Part shown: piece after piece, positions 37,701 through 50,166 of the stretch
How positions within the stretch are numbered: position 1 is the first letter of the stretch
Layout of the letters: every line of letters starts with the position of its first letter
Source: Amphiscolops sp. MND2022
Taxonomy: Eukaryota
NCBI GenBank assembly: GCA_964187785.1
Contig: OZ076409.1
Coordinates: 6,264,001 to 6,328,000, forward strand
Length of the DNA: 64,000 nucleotides
Direction of reading: 5' to 3'
Made by a program: the position numbers and the translations under genes
Notes under the pieces: generated by a model
Database searches by the model: none
The model's input: the letters and a program-made list of their open reading frames with translations, nothing else
Told to the model about the DNA's origin: nothing

Positions 37701-40700
37701 ACGTTTTGATATCCGTAACCGAATTTCTGGCAACCAAATGAGCAAAACTTTTGAGATTAGAATAACAGTGTATTTCTATATAAGCATTATATTTAATTTT
37801 TTTTGACTAAGAAATATCGGTGAATTCCCAAATAACATAAGAGCAAATAACATAAAAACAAAATTAGTTTCAAATAACATTAAAATGAAATGGGTTTCAC
37901 TAAACATAAAAATAAAATTGTTAATGAGAAAATATCAGTGGTCAAAAGCATACACAATTCAAAAGATTCACTGAAAAAAGTGTGGAAATTACAGATAAAA
38001 TTTTCTGAGTTCGATCGTTTTACCGGGTATTCGGTTTTATTTTTATGTTCTTTGACACTAATTTTGTTTTTATGTTATTTGCATTCATTTGTATGTTTAG
38101 TGAAACTCATTTCAATTTTGTGTTTTGAAATTAATTTTATTTTTGTTGTTTGTTCTTATGTTATTTAGGAAATCACCAACGTTTATCAAGAAAAAATATT
38201 GAAAGCAATTATTAAAACCAAAGTATTAAAAAGCCAACCCTGAAAGTTAATAAATCAACTGATTAACTCTAACCTGTTTCAAATGGTCCGGTAAGTCGTC
38301 TAGTTCAATGTCCAGCTTCCGGATCCGTAAAAGTAACGTTTTTAACATGGCAATGACAATTGAAAACAAATGACTAACTTTTACACGCACAGTATCAATA
38401 TGACCTCATCGGAATATGCGATGAAAGAATTTCGTCCAATCAGAAGCGAGTATTCGGTTTCGTTCATCAAGATTACATGTAGTTTGATCAACAGAAAAAC
38501 AAATAAACTTTTGCTCCCGTATTACAACAATCTTACTGATTTACTTGTGCACTTAAATCACTAAAATGGAAGTGAAATTACTTTGAACATTTAGTAACAT
38601 TCCACTTCTTGGAGCGTTGACTTTAACAACTGATAAGAACGTTCACACTTTGAAAAAATGGTGAATATCAGAACAATCATTTGATCAATTCTCAATAAAT
38701 AAATCAATGACGTTTCACAGGATACCAACTCAATTAATAAATATGAAAAAATCAATTGTTTTGTTATGATTGAAAAAACCTAAACTCATTTTATATATCA
38801 ACTATACTGTTCTTTTGCCCAAAACAAAGAATCCTGATTTTTGATGATTAGATTAATTGTCAATAAATAAATCAATGACGATTCACAGGATACCAATTAA
38901 ATTAATAAATATCAAACAACCATATATATCAATCAAGGTGAATAGTTGAATAAAGTTGTTTCTGTAGTAAGTGTACAACTATCAAACAATTTTTTGTTAT
39001 GATTGAAAAAACTTAAACTCGTATTATATATCAACTATACTGTTCTTTTGCCCCAAAACAAAAACGATTCACAGAATACTGATTTAATAAGTTCCAAAAA
39101 AATGAAATACATCAAAATTACATACTAACACATCATAATATACCTACACATCATAATACATCAAAATATTTGTAATTATCATAATTGCCCGATCATAATT
39201 GCCATTATATACAAAAGAAAAGAATAGTTAAGTATTAAACAGTATTAAAATAAAGTAAACTAAAATTTATCACGATAATAATCTTGCAGTGATTGGCCGG
39301 AACGAAAAAAGTATTAGGGTTATATTCCTGCAGATATCGGCTTCGGAACGAAGATTTTCGTCATTGCCAATTTTATTTGTCCCGCCTAAAATACTGGGAA
39401 AATAATAGTTGAGCTGATATTTCTTAGTCAAAAAAAATTAAGAATTTAATTTGATAACTAAATTAATTTTAGCTGAATTAATTTGATAAACCAAAAACTG
39501 AACACTGAAAATCTGCATGTGTAGATAAATATTGAGACACTTCCATGTCAAAGCAGTGTATTGAATTGGCCGAAGCGAGTGGCAGATCTATCTAAATCTT
39601 GAAATTCTTTGAGCAAGCGATGGAATTACTTGCCCAATTTACTCTCATCAACGAGTATGCATGGGCAATTAAAGCCATCGCTCCTGCAAAGAAACTCAAT
39701 ACGTAGCTTGTGCTTCCTCGGAAATCAATAGGCAACAGTTTTGGCTGCGAAACGAATGGGCATTTTTGGCCCATACATTCATTCATGTCCATCATTTTCC
39801 GAGCCGCACAACGAGTAAAATCTGCATTTTCGTTGCCGGTTACCCCACTGTAATGCTGTATGCTCTGCTGCTATGGTGCTGTCTTCTCTATTCAAAGCTT
39901 TTTTCACCCGGATCATTTCGGATTCCAATGTTGATTTCGCTATCTTGCTTTTTAGGTCTAGCATGAAATACGTTTCCGCCATTTTGATTGCCTCTAGGGG
40001 GATTTTTTTTCATTTCGGTGACTGAGTCGAAGATTTGGTTGATTTGCACGAGATAAGTTTTTTCCTTTCTCTTCTTTTTCTGGGTCGTCCATTTGATTTT
40101 CCGGGACTTATTACTCCGGTTGTATTTCTTCCGGTTCGTTTTTAGTTGCTTCAAAAGGCTGATAGCCTCCCCCAGTCGATTGGTGCGCGGCTGAAGCTCT
40201 CAGCCAATTTCAGCATTTTCCTCTCTGCTTCTTATAGTCGGTCGCGACGCGACACATATTATCCTTTGCGCATTTTGGTTGCAGCTTCGTCTCATTGTAC
40301 CGGGTATGTTTATCTCCCATCGTCTTTCCACTAATCTTCCTGTCTCCGGACTCTACTCACGTCGTGGAATATTCTCCTTCGTTTCTGCAAACGCCCCCTG
40401 TGGAAATAATCTCGATCCATTTCTTACCCAAAAGATGATAATGATACCGTTTGACAATTCTGTAATTGTAAGCGTTTTCAGCGTTTTATTTTAAGTGAAC
40501 TGCTAAGTGGACTAGTTTCCGCTTGTTCGTTTATTTTGTTCACGTCTCAGTTTCTCTCGAATCTGCCAGTCTTTTCTGATTGGTTACTTGTTTTGGGTTC
40601 GTTTTTTTTGTTCGTTACGTTCTGATATTAGCTCGTGATATATCGTCCATATTTTAATTACAACTCGGTTTGCTTGGTGGGAAAATTTATCACGTATTGT

Positions 40701-43434
40701 TCAAAATACATGTTTTTGGTCTTGGCGGCGTCTAAAGGATTTCGGCTGAGGAAATCTGCAAACTTCAAATTACCTTCGGCTGTTTGTTGTAACTCATTAT
40801 CAAATTATGCTAAGCCATCTAACCATCTAGTTAGTCCAGTGCTGTATTGTTTATTGTATCTGTTCTGTTCAATTAAAGGTTTTGAAACTTCGTGGTCAGA
40901 ATATAGTATTACCTTTTTTCGTTTAGATTTCTAGAGATTTTTAACTCCCATAGGATTGCTGATAATTTATTTTTTTTTTGACGAAGTAATTCTTTCGCTG
41001 TCATTTAGGAATCTACTTCCGAACACTATCGGTTTTGATTTTCCGTTTGCTTCTTTCTGCCATAATGTTATTCCGAGACCTTATCTGCTTGCATCGGTTG
41101 TCACGATGTTGTCTTTTGCTTTGGGTAGTGTGTACTAAACCTTGTTCTGTGGTGTTTTTCTTCAGTAATCTTCGTAGTCTATCAGTGCGTTCCAATGTTA
41201 TAATGCAAATTTTGCCAAATATTTTATCGCTCGAGGAACGATTTCAATTGCCTCTGGTTTTCTGCTGTTTCCAATACATTATCGCTTTCACTTGTCCTTT
41301 GCTCTCATTCTCGTCCATTTCGTGTCCCAGCTATGTTGTTTTGTTTTGAAAAAAATCAGTATGTCTATCAATGGCTCTATTTACGGCTTTTTTTCAGTTT
41401 TTAGAGTATTTAGATAAATTTGTATTTCTAATCCTTTTGATCTCCTTGCTTTTTACTATAATATCGTCCAGGCACGCGCATTATTTCGGTACTCGGTGAA
41501 TTTTCTCCGAAAGCAGTGTGAGTGTGTTGGCTGTTCGTAAAATACTGTTTTGAATCGGTAGTAGCTGCTGAAATTGTTTCCGGTTATGTCAAATACACCT
41601 TATCTGCTTGCTTCTTCCGATAACTCCTTTTTGCCATACGCGTAATTGAGATCGATCTTCGATATCATTGATTCTTTCGTTCGGTCTTCTGTTGTTTCCA
41701 CCGAAAGTTGGTTCAACAATTCTTCCATTGTCGACATGTTTGGATGGACATTAAAACACCTGTCAAATTGTTTTGGTGAGTGCAAAGCTGCTTTTACCGT
41801 TTTGATCCTGTTTAGCAATATTACCACTGGTGATACAAAACAAGCTTCAACCACATGTTTCACTCTCTCCAAGTGTCAAGATTTCGTAAGGTTTTCTAGT
41901 TTTTCACCGACTGCTTCTTGATGATGGAGGGGTATCGGTCTTGTTTTTTGCTGTACTTGATACTGTCTCGGTTTCAATTGAATTTGATTTCCGCGTCGTT
42001 TATAAACGTATTGTTTTTGGATAGCTCCAGGAGCTGCTTCACACATTGACTTCTCTCTAATTGGCTGTCTTCGTCCAATCGGAGGTTTCAGTTTGTTTGT
42101 TTGAATCTTCAGCCAGCAACCAGTCCACTCCGAGTAGCGGTGTTATATCATTCCGTTCGGTAATTCTGTTTCTTTTCAACTTCAATATTACTGGTAAATT
42201 CTACAAATTTTACTTCATTTTTGTACACATCTTGGTACCAGTGTTTCACTTTTCGACATTCTGTTTCTTCTATCATTTAGTTGTCTACTGGCATTATCTA
42301 CATTGGTGATGCGGTGTATGATAGAAGGTTTTTGTGTGTCCTGTTAATTTTTAGTATCGTTGGCAAATTTTTGTTTTGTCCACGATTCTAAGTATTATTT
42401 CAATTCTTTAGATGCTCGATTCTGATTCGTCGGTGTCTACTCCAATCGTTGTGTTCTCAGTGTCGGTTAAATTCCTTCTTTGCATTTGAAACTTTTTTAT
42501 CTGCATTTCCGTGCAAAATGATTTTCCTCAGATGTTGCTTGTATGGTCAAATACCGGATAATTATGTGTCGGGTTCCAATTCGGTGCATTACGAAAACTG
42601 CATTGTATGTTGTTATTGATTTTGTTTTTCAACCTTGTGATGAACACATTCATCCACTGTATCGGTTCTTCAAGTTTGTTCCCGATTTGATATCAATGCT
42701 ACCGCTATTGTGGTTTTGTTGTTTTTTTCTTTTCATATGTGTTCTGTTTACTTATTTCCATCGATTGCTACATTCCGAGTTTTTTTCACTAATTGCTCTC
42801 GGAGTTTCTTGTCCGTCATTGCCGTCATGAAATCTGAAAGTAGTACTTCTTCTACATTTATGCTTTCGGAAATGCATTCTCCAACTTCTACCAACCTTCG
42901 CCAGAAATCTTTCAGTATCGCGGATTCAAACTGTATGGTCCAAAACACGGTGTTAATACCTTCTTTCCGTCGGTTGTTGCTTCGAGTTTCAGTACTTCGA
43001 TTTGTATTGCTGTTGGTGTCATCTTCTTTGTTTCGGTAAAATCAGTATAAAAATTGTAAACTCGACTGCTGACTGCGTCATGTTCTATTTCCACTGGGTA
43101 GGATGAAAACTACTTTCTTTACTGATCACCTTTCATTGCCAAACTATAGTTTATCAAAAAGAATGGAACAATGGTTCCGTAGCAAAACTAACCAACTGTA
43201 CATATGTGTTTAAACAAGTATCAACAGAAGGAGGAACGATTATAGATTGCGGATGAAAGTTCTCTATTAGTTCGATTAGCACTTGAATTTGGTGTACAAA
43301 ATAATTTCGGCTGAATTTTACAAGATTCCATCAACATACCTGGTAGCGAACTTTGTGTCAAAGGCTTGGTCAACCATACCGTTGACTCAACATTTCCAGT
43401 GAAAAAGTTTTTCCTTTTTGGTGCTCTATCTGTT

Positions 43435-44426
43435 TTTTAGTTGGCGCTTTTCCATTGAAGGAAAAATGCCCGACTATAACAGTGACTGTTTTTTTTCTTC
43501 AGGCTACAATCCTCACACTGATCGGTCCACTTTTCTTACAATTCTTACAATCTTAAATTCTTACAATTCCTACTTAGCAAATTCAAATAACTGGCGCAAA
43601 AGCTTGCGAAGTTGTATTTTTACATCATCTAAGAAACTCAAAGGGACCACATGGTACTCCCTTAGAGTATTTTCGGCCCTGTGAGACTTTTTTTTCGAAA
43701 GACAAATTTCCCCAAAGGGTCCCCCCTATCAATTTGTTTGAGTTTTCCGACAGAACGGATGTTGAAAAATCCCAAAGGGTCCCCCTTTCAGTTTTTTTGG
43801 CATTGTTAGACTTTTTTTCAAAAAAAAATTTCACCAAAAGTGCCCCTCCTCCATTTTTTGATGATTTGCCACAGAATGGATGAAAAATCTCAAAGTGTCC
43901 CCTCTGGTGCGCCAATTCGGTTCAACTTTTGGGTTTTTCCGGTACCGTAGAAGAGAATACTTTGACACTCTGAAGTCCTTTTGCTGTTTTTGAGCCTTAG
44001 ATATGGCGCCGACTTGGGCCGTTCCCGGCTTGTTTTTTCGTCAGACTACAATCCTCACACTGATCGGTCCACTTTTTAGAAACAATCCTGAAACCACCTA
44101 AGGCACCCAGTCCGGCAAAGGGGCCAAGGCAAACTTAGTGCAAAGGGTCCCGCCTTTCATTTTTTACTTTTTCAAGGTAACCTACAGAACCGGACGGGAC
44201 TAAAGGGTCCCCCTTTTTGATTTTTTCGGCACTGTGCGACTTTTTTCGCAAATTTTTTAATGTCCCCAAAGGGTCCCCCCTTTGAGTTTTTTGTTATTTT
44301 GCAACATAATGCATGTTTATAAATCAAAAAGACGTTTTTCGACACTGTGTGACATTTTCCGAAAGAAAAACTTTTTCGAATTTTTCGAGTTTTTTTCTTT
44401 AGAACTTTAGACGTTCCCGTCTTGTT
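43435..44426 (+). mobile_element. Two tandem HINE-like family A elements (~43435-44034 and ~44035-44426)
   Basis: 3' ends GCGCCGACTTGGGCCGTTCCCGGCTTGTT and TTTAGACGTTCCCGTCTTGTT; AAAGGGTCCCCC cores. Confidence 0.65.
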
Positions 44427-47099
44427 TTTTCAAGCCGTCAGTCAACTAAAAGTTGGCAATCGAGACCAGAAGGTGAACATTAGGTTTCGCATTTTTAACA
44501 ACAAAATGTGCAGGTTTACTATTTTAGTATCTTGAATGAATGGAAGAACACCTGTGCAGCATACGCAAATTTGTTGACTTAGTAGCGGCCCAAGTCCCAG
44601 TACAAGTTACAATGAACTAATCTATCTAGTAGAATGTGAAGAACTTCAGAGTCAACAAAATGAAATATTTGAGAATAAAGTACCACAGAGAAAAGTCAAG
44701 CTCATCAACAACTATTCGAAATCAGCTTGATTCAGACAACTTCTTATGTAGGTTATAACGTTGTTCTTCCGAGGTGTACATTTGGAAGAGGTGACTGCCC
44801 GACTGCTTTTTTCAATCAACACCTTCAAATTTTGGGATCTAAAAGTTTCCAACGATTCGTGATCTAGACGGCCGTTTTCATCTGCCGATATAAACAGCAT
44901 TTGGTTTTTCGGCCAAGAGATTCGTAAGCTGACTTTGCCAACATGCGAAAAGCGCTCTCTTTTGGGTTGAGGAAGGGGAATATACAAGAAAGCGTTTTGT
45001 TGGTAAAGCTCTGTTCGGTGAAAAATCTTCGATACTTCCATGTCTTGGCGCGTTGTCGAATATCAAGTAAGCATGGCCACGGTATTTGGCCCAACTTCTG
45101 CAATCAAATTTCTGCTAACTTCTAGACGAAAATCTCGAATGGTTTGTTTAGTCATGCCACCACTTATCACGCAAAAATCGATGATATTATGTAACGGCAC
45201 CCTGTGATTAACCAAATTTTCGAAGTTTTGACAACTTTCTGAAAAATTCGTTCAAAAGTGACGTGGCCCTCAAACATGAGTTCACGAGGTACCAGTCCCG
45301 CAAAAATCATAAAGAGACAGCGCAAGCAGACCCCGCGAGGCGGAAAAAAGAAGCGAAATGTCGAAAAGGTGTGTGAAACGTCACAGAACCGAAAAACTGT
45401 AGCCTATGCGCTAATTTCCACGGTGCCCATCATAGTTAGCGCGAAACCAGTATGTCGGAGTGATCGCAATATCCAGACCCAGGGTTGTGCCAAACCCGAG
45501 TGCCAGTGCCATGCCACCTAGACCCAATTCGCCAAACTGGATTTTAACTCTTCTTTGATGTGTTTACTGATTTGTTTGATGAATTCTTGATCCGAGAGCT
45601 ACCCTTGTTAATGTTGATGTCATTTACGTTAGATTCCCATCTGGATCGTTTATATTAGTTCTATGCAACTTAACCTCTTTTTTACAGGCTATTATGCAGT
45701 GGATACGAAGAAAAAGCGCATTTCATGTGACTAATAGCAGTAACAGACCGGAACAGGTCAGGAGGCATCCTTAGAGACGGTTCTCCCTTCTCGGGACCGG
45801 CATTCCTTGGGAGGACAAAATGGACTGGAGTTATGGTGATTAGTCCCGAATCTTAATCCATGGCATCAGTTCCTCCACCCTGTGTAGCGAACAAACTCTA
45901 AGCGCTTTTCATTACACTAATTTCAAGGGTCTATTTCGATACAGCTATATTTTGCTACAATATGTCGATGCTTTTCAATGTGACTGTTGTCCTCTCTGTG
46001 CTCTCTCAATTTTTTTTCTGGATGATACACCAAACTTCCTCGGTGAATACTTTCAAGGCGCTTTTAGAACTCTCACACTTGAATACCATTCAATATTCTC
46101 TCTTCTCGCATCTTTTGTTTTGATCTTGTTTCGGTCAACGGGTGTATGTTGACTGAATGTTAAAATGAAAGCAAGGCCATCTATTAAATTAGACAGCGTT
46201 TTGTCAATCGCGGTTCGGTGGGGACTATTCAATTCGTCCAACATTCAATTCGTCGAACACGTATTAATTTAGCGAGCATGGTATGACGTAATGGAATGAA
46301 TTGATTTCGGCCAATCAAATTCGACCAATCAAAATTACCATAACGTAGTCAGCTCCCATGTTGAGTTTTCCTTGAGAATCTGTAAAGATCTGTGAGCCAA
46401 TTTTCCTTGAGGATCTGTAAAGATCGTGCCACTGCTACGTAAGGACAACTGCAGATCTGCAAGGATCTTTACAGAAGTTCAAAGATTTTCTGTACAGATT
46501 TCTCAGGAAATTTTTTCCGGAACTTTTAGTGAAACTATGCATTTCATTTTTTAGCTTCTTCGGTAGATATTTTTGCTGACCAAGGCTCAGTCAGTTGAAA
46601 CTCTCCATCACTCAAAATTCTTGAGCAGGAAATGTTGTCCCCATCACGGTAATATTGGTGTCTGGGGAATGTTCGGTGTTGGTTATACACTGTAATTTAT
46701 CCATTTCACTTGAACTTTCCAGTAGTGGTTTTTCAACTTTGTGAGGCTCGTTTGCCATATTGACTTCATTTTGACGGATGAGATTTGACATGTGACAACC
46801 TTCTGGGTTGGTAGAGGTGTTGATAGAGTGCTTTGGTTGTAATATTTCGGGAACATGGTTTGCTGGAGTGGTTTTAGTAATTGCTGGAAACTCGGAATAC
46901 ATTATAGTAATTTATTGGTATGGTTAATTTTCAACAAATCCTGGAATATCTGCAAGGATCTGTACAGATCTGTACAGATTCGCACAGAAACTTTTTTAAA
47001 ACTTCAAATAAAAGGCGTGTTTTTTTTCGTAGAGCACTTTTTAACCAACTAATTTCTTTTTCGAAAACTGAATTTATGACTATTCAATTTTCGAACAAT

Positions 47100-47980
47100 C
47101 GAAGAAGAATTTATTTATTTGGAAACTCATACCAAATGTCAAGGAACAAATTAGTATGTATTCCAAAAAGGACAGGAAAAGAGCTTTTCAGCTCATCTAG
47201 TCCCTGCCCTATCAAAAACAATTCTTTCGTTTCCAGCTGATCTCATCATTTCCTAGCAATTAGAAAAACAGTTCGAAAAGATCCTTGTTGTCTGCCACGT
47301 AGAGTGTACCTAACTTCCTAACGTAGTTTTTCGTTTGCTCATCTGATTGTTTCATCAAATTTGAGGGTATCAAATCATTCGCTTTCAACCAATTGTAACA
47401 TTTATTAAGAGCATTTTTCAAACTTTTTTCCTGCATTACTGTCCGGTGGGTGGTTGCTGGTAGAAGGCCTTTTGCTTTTCTCCTCGTGTTGTAATCATAG
47501 TTATTGTTTGTGGATAAGTAAGCACATGGTGAGTTTGATTTCAATTGCTTAAAAACTTCGTTAACAACTTCTATTATATACAATTCATAGATATTAAAAA
47601 TGGTGTACTTCGTTAAGATTTCGCACAAGGAATTTTGTGGTTTTTTGAAGAAAATTGCTCGAATGATTCGGCGCTGAACTTTATAGATATTTTCCAAATG
47701 TGTTTTTCTTGTACTGCCATAATTTAGAAGGCCATATTTTATCACTGATGTCACATACGCATAGTAAAATTGAAGTAAAAATTTACGTTGATACATGTGC
47801 CTTATTTTGTAAATAAGTCCACAGAACTTATTTAGTTTTTTTGTCAAATAATTTGCATGCTCACGAAGTGTTAAATTTTTGTCCAAATGAATACCCAAAT
47901 ACTTGGCAGATTTTCTGTTTGGAATTTCTTCGCCAAATGCCTTTTCCAATTTTGGTACACTTTTTGATCCAAACGTAATC
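47100..47980 (-). pseudogene. 3' fragment of a non-LTR retrotransposon ORF2 (CR1/L2-like)
   Basis: KYLGIHLDKNL, YYAYV.S.IKYG, QRRIIRAI, YNTR motifs; homologous to 17410-18191. Confidence 0.8.
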
Positions 47981-48607
47981 CTGGAATATCTGTCAGGATC
48001 TGTGCAGATCTGTACAGATTCGCACGGAGTGCTCAACATGGGCTATGTTCACATACTCCTAGTGCCCTAAATGCAGGGGCGAAGCGGAGCGACGTGCCAA
48101 ATGGCCATATCTCAATATTGCTACTCGGCGAAGGGAGCGAAGCGACCGAGCCATACACCAAATATGCTAACCGCCACAAAATATAACCAAATGAAAATAA
48201 TCGCTGATATGGAATTCTTTCGACGCATTGAATAGCTTTTCATTTTTCGACAATTTGAATTGAAGTTCGACGAATTGAAGTTGCGCCGTTTGTTATAGAT
48301 GGAACAACCTCAACCACGGGCTGCAGTGAAAAAGAACCATCAATACGTCATCCCAATTTCCTCTCGGGCTCTGATTCCTCCTCGATAAAGACACCATAAG
48401 TGGATTTTCAACTCCGCTTCTTACAACAAAGAAGCTTCTGCAAATACAGCTTATCAAGGAACATTTCATGTCGAAAGGGAACAATAAAAGATGAAGAAGA
48501 AAAAGCATACCCAAGAAGAAGAAATAAAACATGTCATCAAATCAGCGATCCTCAAGTTGTACCAAATAAAATCGACCTCTGAGAATCAAATATTGAAACA
48601 CCAAAAC

Positions 48608-49071
48608 CAGAGGTGTTGAAATTTATATTGTGTTGCAATATATTGCAATTAAATACAATTAATATATTTATTTATTTGGAGCAAAAATACAATAGATTTA
48701 TTGAAATAAGGCAAATATTGTTAGAGCTCTACAATATATTGCGCAAAAAAATTATTGCAGAATAGAAATAAAATTTCATTTAATATACATTTTAAACGGA
48801 CTATAGAAGTGAAAGCCTATTAAGGGAGAAATTGACTCAGCTTTTCGCTTCCTAATAATTTCGAGAAGATAGTCTTTCTTTAAACAAATAAACAACATTG
48901 GAATGTTTGCCGTGTAAATGAATGTTTCTCTGCCCAATAAAATATTTCACAATCTATTGTTTTTTCCAAAATATTGCAGGACAATGAATACAATATATTT
49001 TTTGCTGAAATTGACTCAAACAATATATTTTTTTGAAAAATTATTTTTAAATATTATATTTCACACCCCTG
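48608..49071. mobile_element. hAT-type MITE
   Basis: CAGAGGTG..GAAAT / ATTTCACACCCCTG termini with a perfect 8-bp TSD ACCAAAAC (48600-48607, 49072-49079); CAATA(T) subterminal repeats. Confidence 0.85.
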
Positions 49072-49548
49072 ACCAAAACTGCCACATGCTCTTCATCGAC
49101 TAGATAGCACTAACTTAGATGCGTTTCTGGTTGCCGGTCCAGTAGTTTAGTAGTTCTGTAGAAAAAGTGTCCACTACGCATTCATTCTGTTATCTGACGA
49201 AAAAAAACTTGCCACTGTAATAGTCGGGATTCTTTCCTTTAAAGGAAAATGCGCCGACTAAAAAGGCTCAATTTGATTTAACGTCGGTGAGAACTCAAAT
49301 TTTCAACTACTGTTCAGCAAGCAATTTTTTCTACTAACACCCGATAAGTAAGAGGAAAAACTTCGAATCGATTTCACAGAAAGTTTGATTCAAAAAACCT
49401 AAGGAAACCAAACTCATGCAGAGACGACACCAGCGGTGAAACTGCCAATAGCTTTTCAGAATACTACATCTACGTATAAGGAAAAGCGTACTGGAATTGA
49501 ATAAATCAAACTCGCTAGCGTTTTGATGAATTAATACTACACAAATTA

Positions 49549-50039
49549 CAGTAGCGTTCTAAAATATGGCAACCTCATTGCTTAAAATGGCAAAATTCGA
49601 AACCAAATATCTCGTAAACTGTCACGAATACAACAATTTGCCAGCTACAAAAGTTTCTTAGAATTTTATCTAGTTTACAAAAATGTTTGTTTGAAATTTC
49701 TACGACCCATACTGAAAGTTAGAAAATGCAAATTTTAGGAAATTTTAATTGAAATTTGAGTTTTTTTTCGAAAATTAAATAGCTTAGAATTAAAATTTTT
49801 TGGATTTTTTTCTCATTCTGAGAGTCCTTATAATCTCCCGAACCTACTGAATTGTTTTAATCCAGAATTTTTGTAATTTTTGTTGCAGAAACTTCAAACA
49901 AACATTTTTATGAACTAGATAAAATTCTAAAAAACTTTTGTAGCTGACGATGTTTTGTATTTTTGACAATTTTTAAGGTATTTGGATTTGAAAATCGCAA
50001 TTTTAAGCAATGGAGTTTCGATATTTTAGAAGGCTACTG
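49549..50039. mobile_element. Foldback-like MITE with ~150-bp imperfect TIRs
   Basis: TA|CAGTAGCGTTCTAAAATAT ... ATATTTTAGAAGGCTACTG|TA; arms are inverted for about 150 bp. Confidence 0.8.
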
Positions 50040-50166
50040 TACTCCAACCAAAACAACATTGAAATCAAACTACAGTACCACAAATTCACCCTTCAAGTGC
50101 AGTGTGGTCGAGGGAAGGGAATTCAATTCAATGGGATTCTCTGAGCCGCGCACAGCAAAGACAAAA

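Larger units (their letters stand above)
20913..39850. mobile_element. Giant (18,938 bp) TIR DNA transposon carrying transposase, Tudor-like, JmjC and SET genes
   Basis: Perfect 18-bp TIRs CAGTGGGGTAACCGGCAA (20913-20930) and TTGCCGGTTACCCCACTG (39833-39850), each flanked by TA. Removing the element plus one TA restores an in-frame Gypsy pol (...AEHTA-L-MRQHFEKL...). Confidence 0.9.
19085..43336 (-). mobile_element. Degenerate Ty3/Gypsy LTR retrotransposon split by the 18.9-kb DNA transposon
   Basis: Matching LTRs at ~19085-19284 and ~43135-43336 (TGCCAAACTATA..CCGTAGCAAAACTAA..GGAGGAACGATT); PPT GAGAGGGGAA-TGTA at ~19294-19281. Minus-strand remnants: gag (~42700-43100), RT (SKIDLNYAY, 41600-41872), RNase H (~40700-41000) and integrase (20100-20880). 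Confidence 0.8.

Noticed and set aside
20913..39850. Polinton/Maverick or endogenous virus interpretation
   Set aside because: No DNA polymerase B, capsid, packaging ATPase or retroviral integrase; short TIRs with a 2-bp TSD rather than long TIRs with a 6-bp TSD.
44712..45521. ORFs of 60-109 aa
   Set aside because: No motifs; likely chance ORFs or decayed TE sequence.
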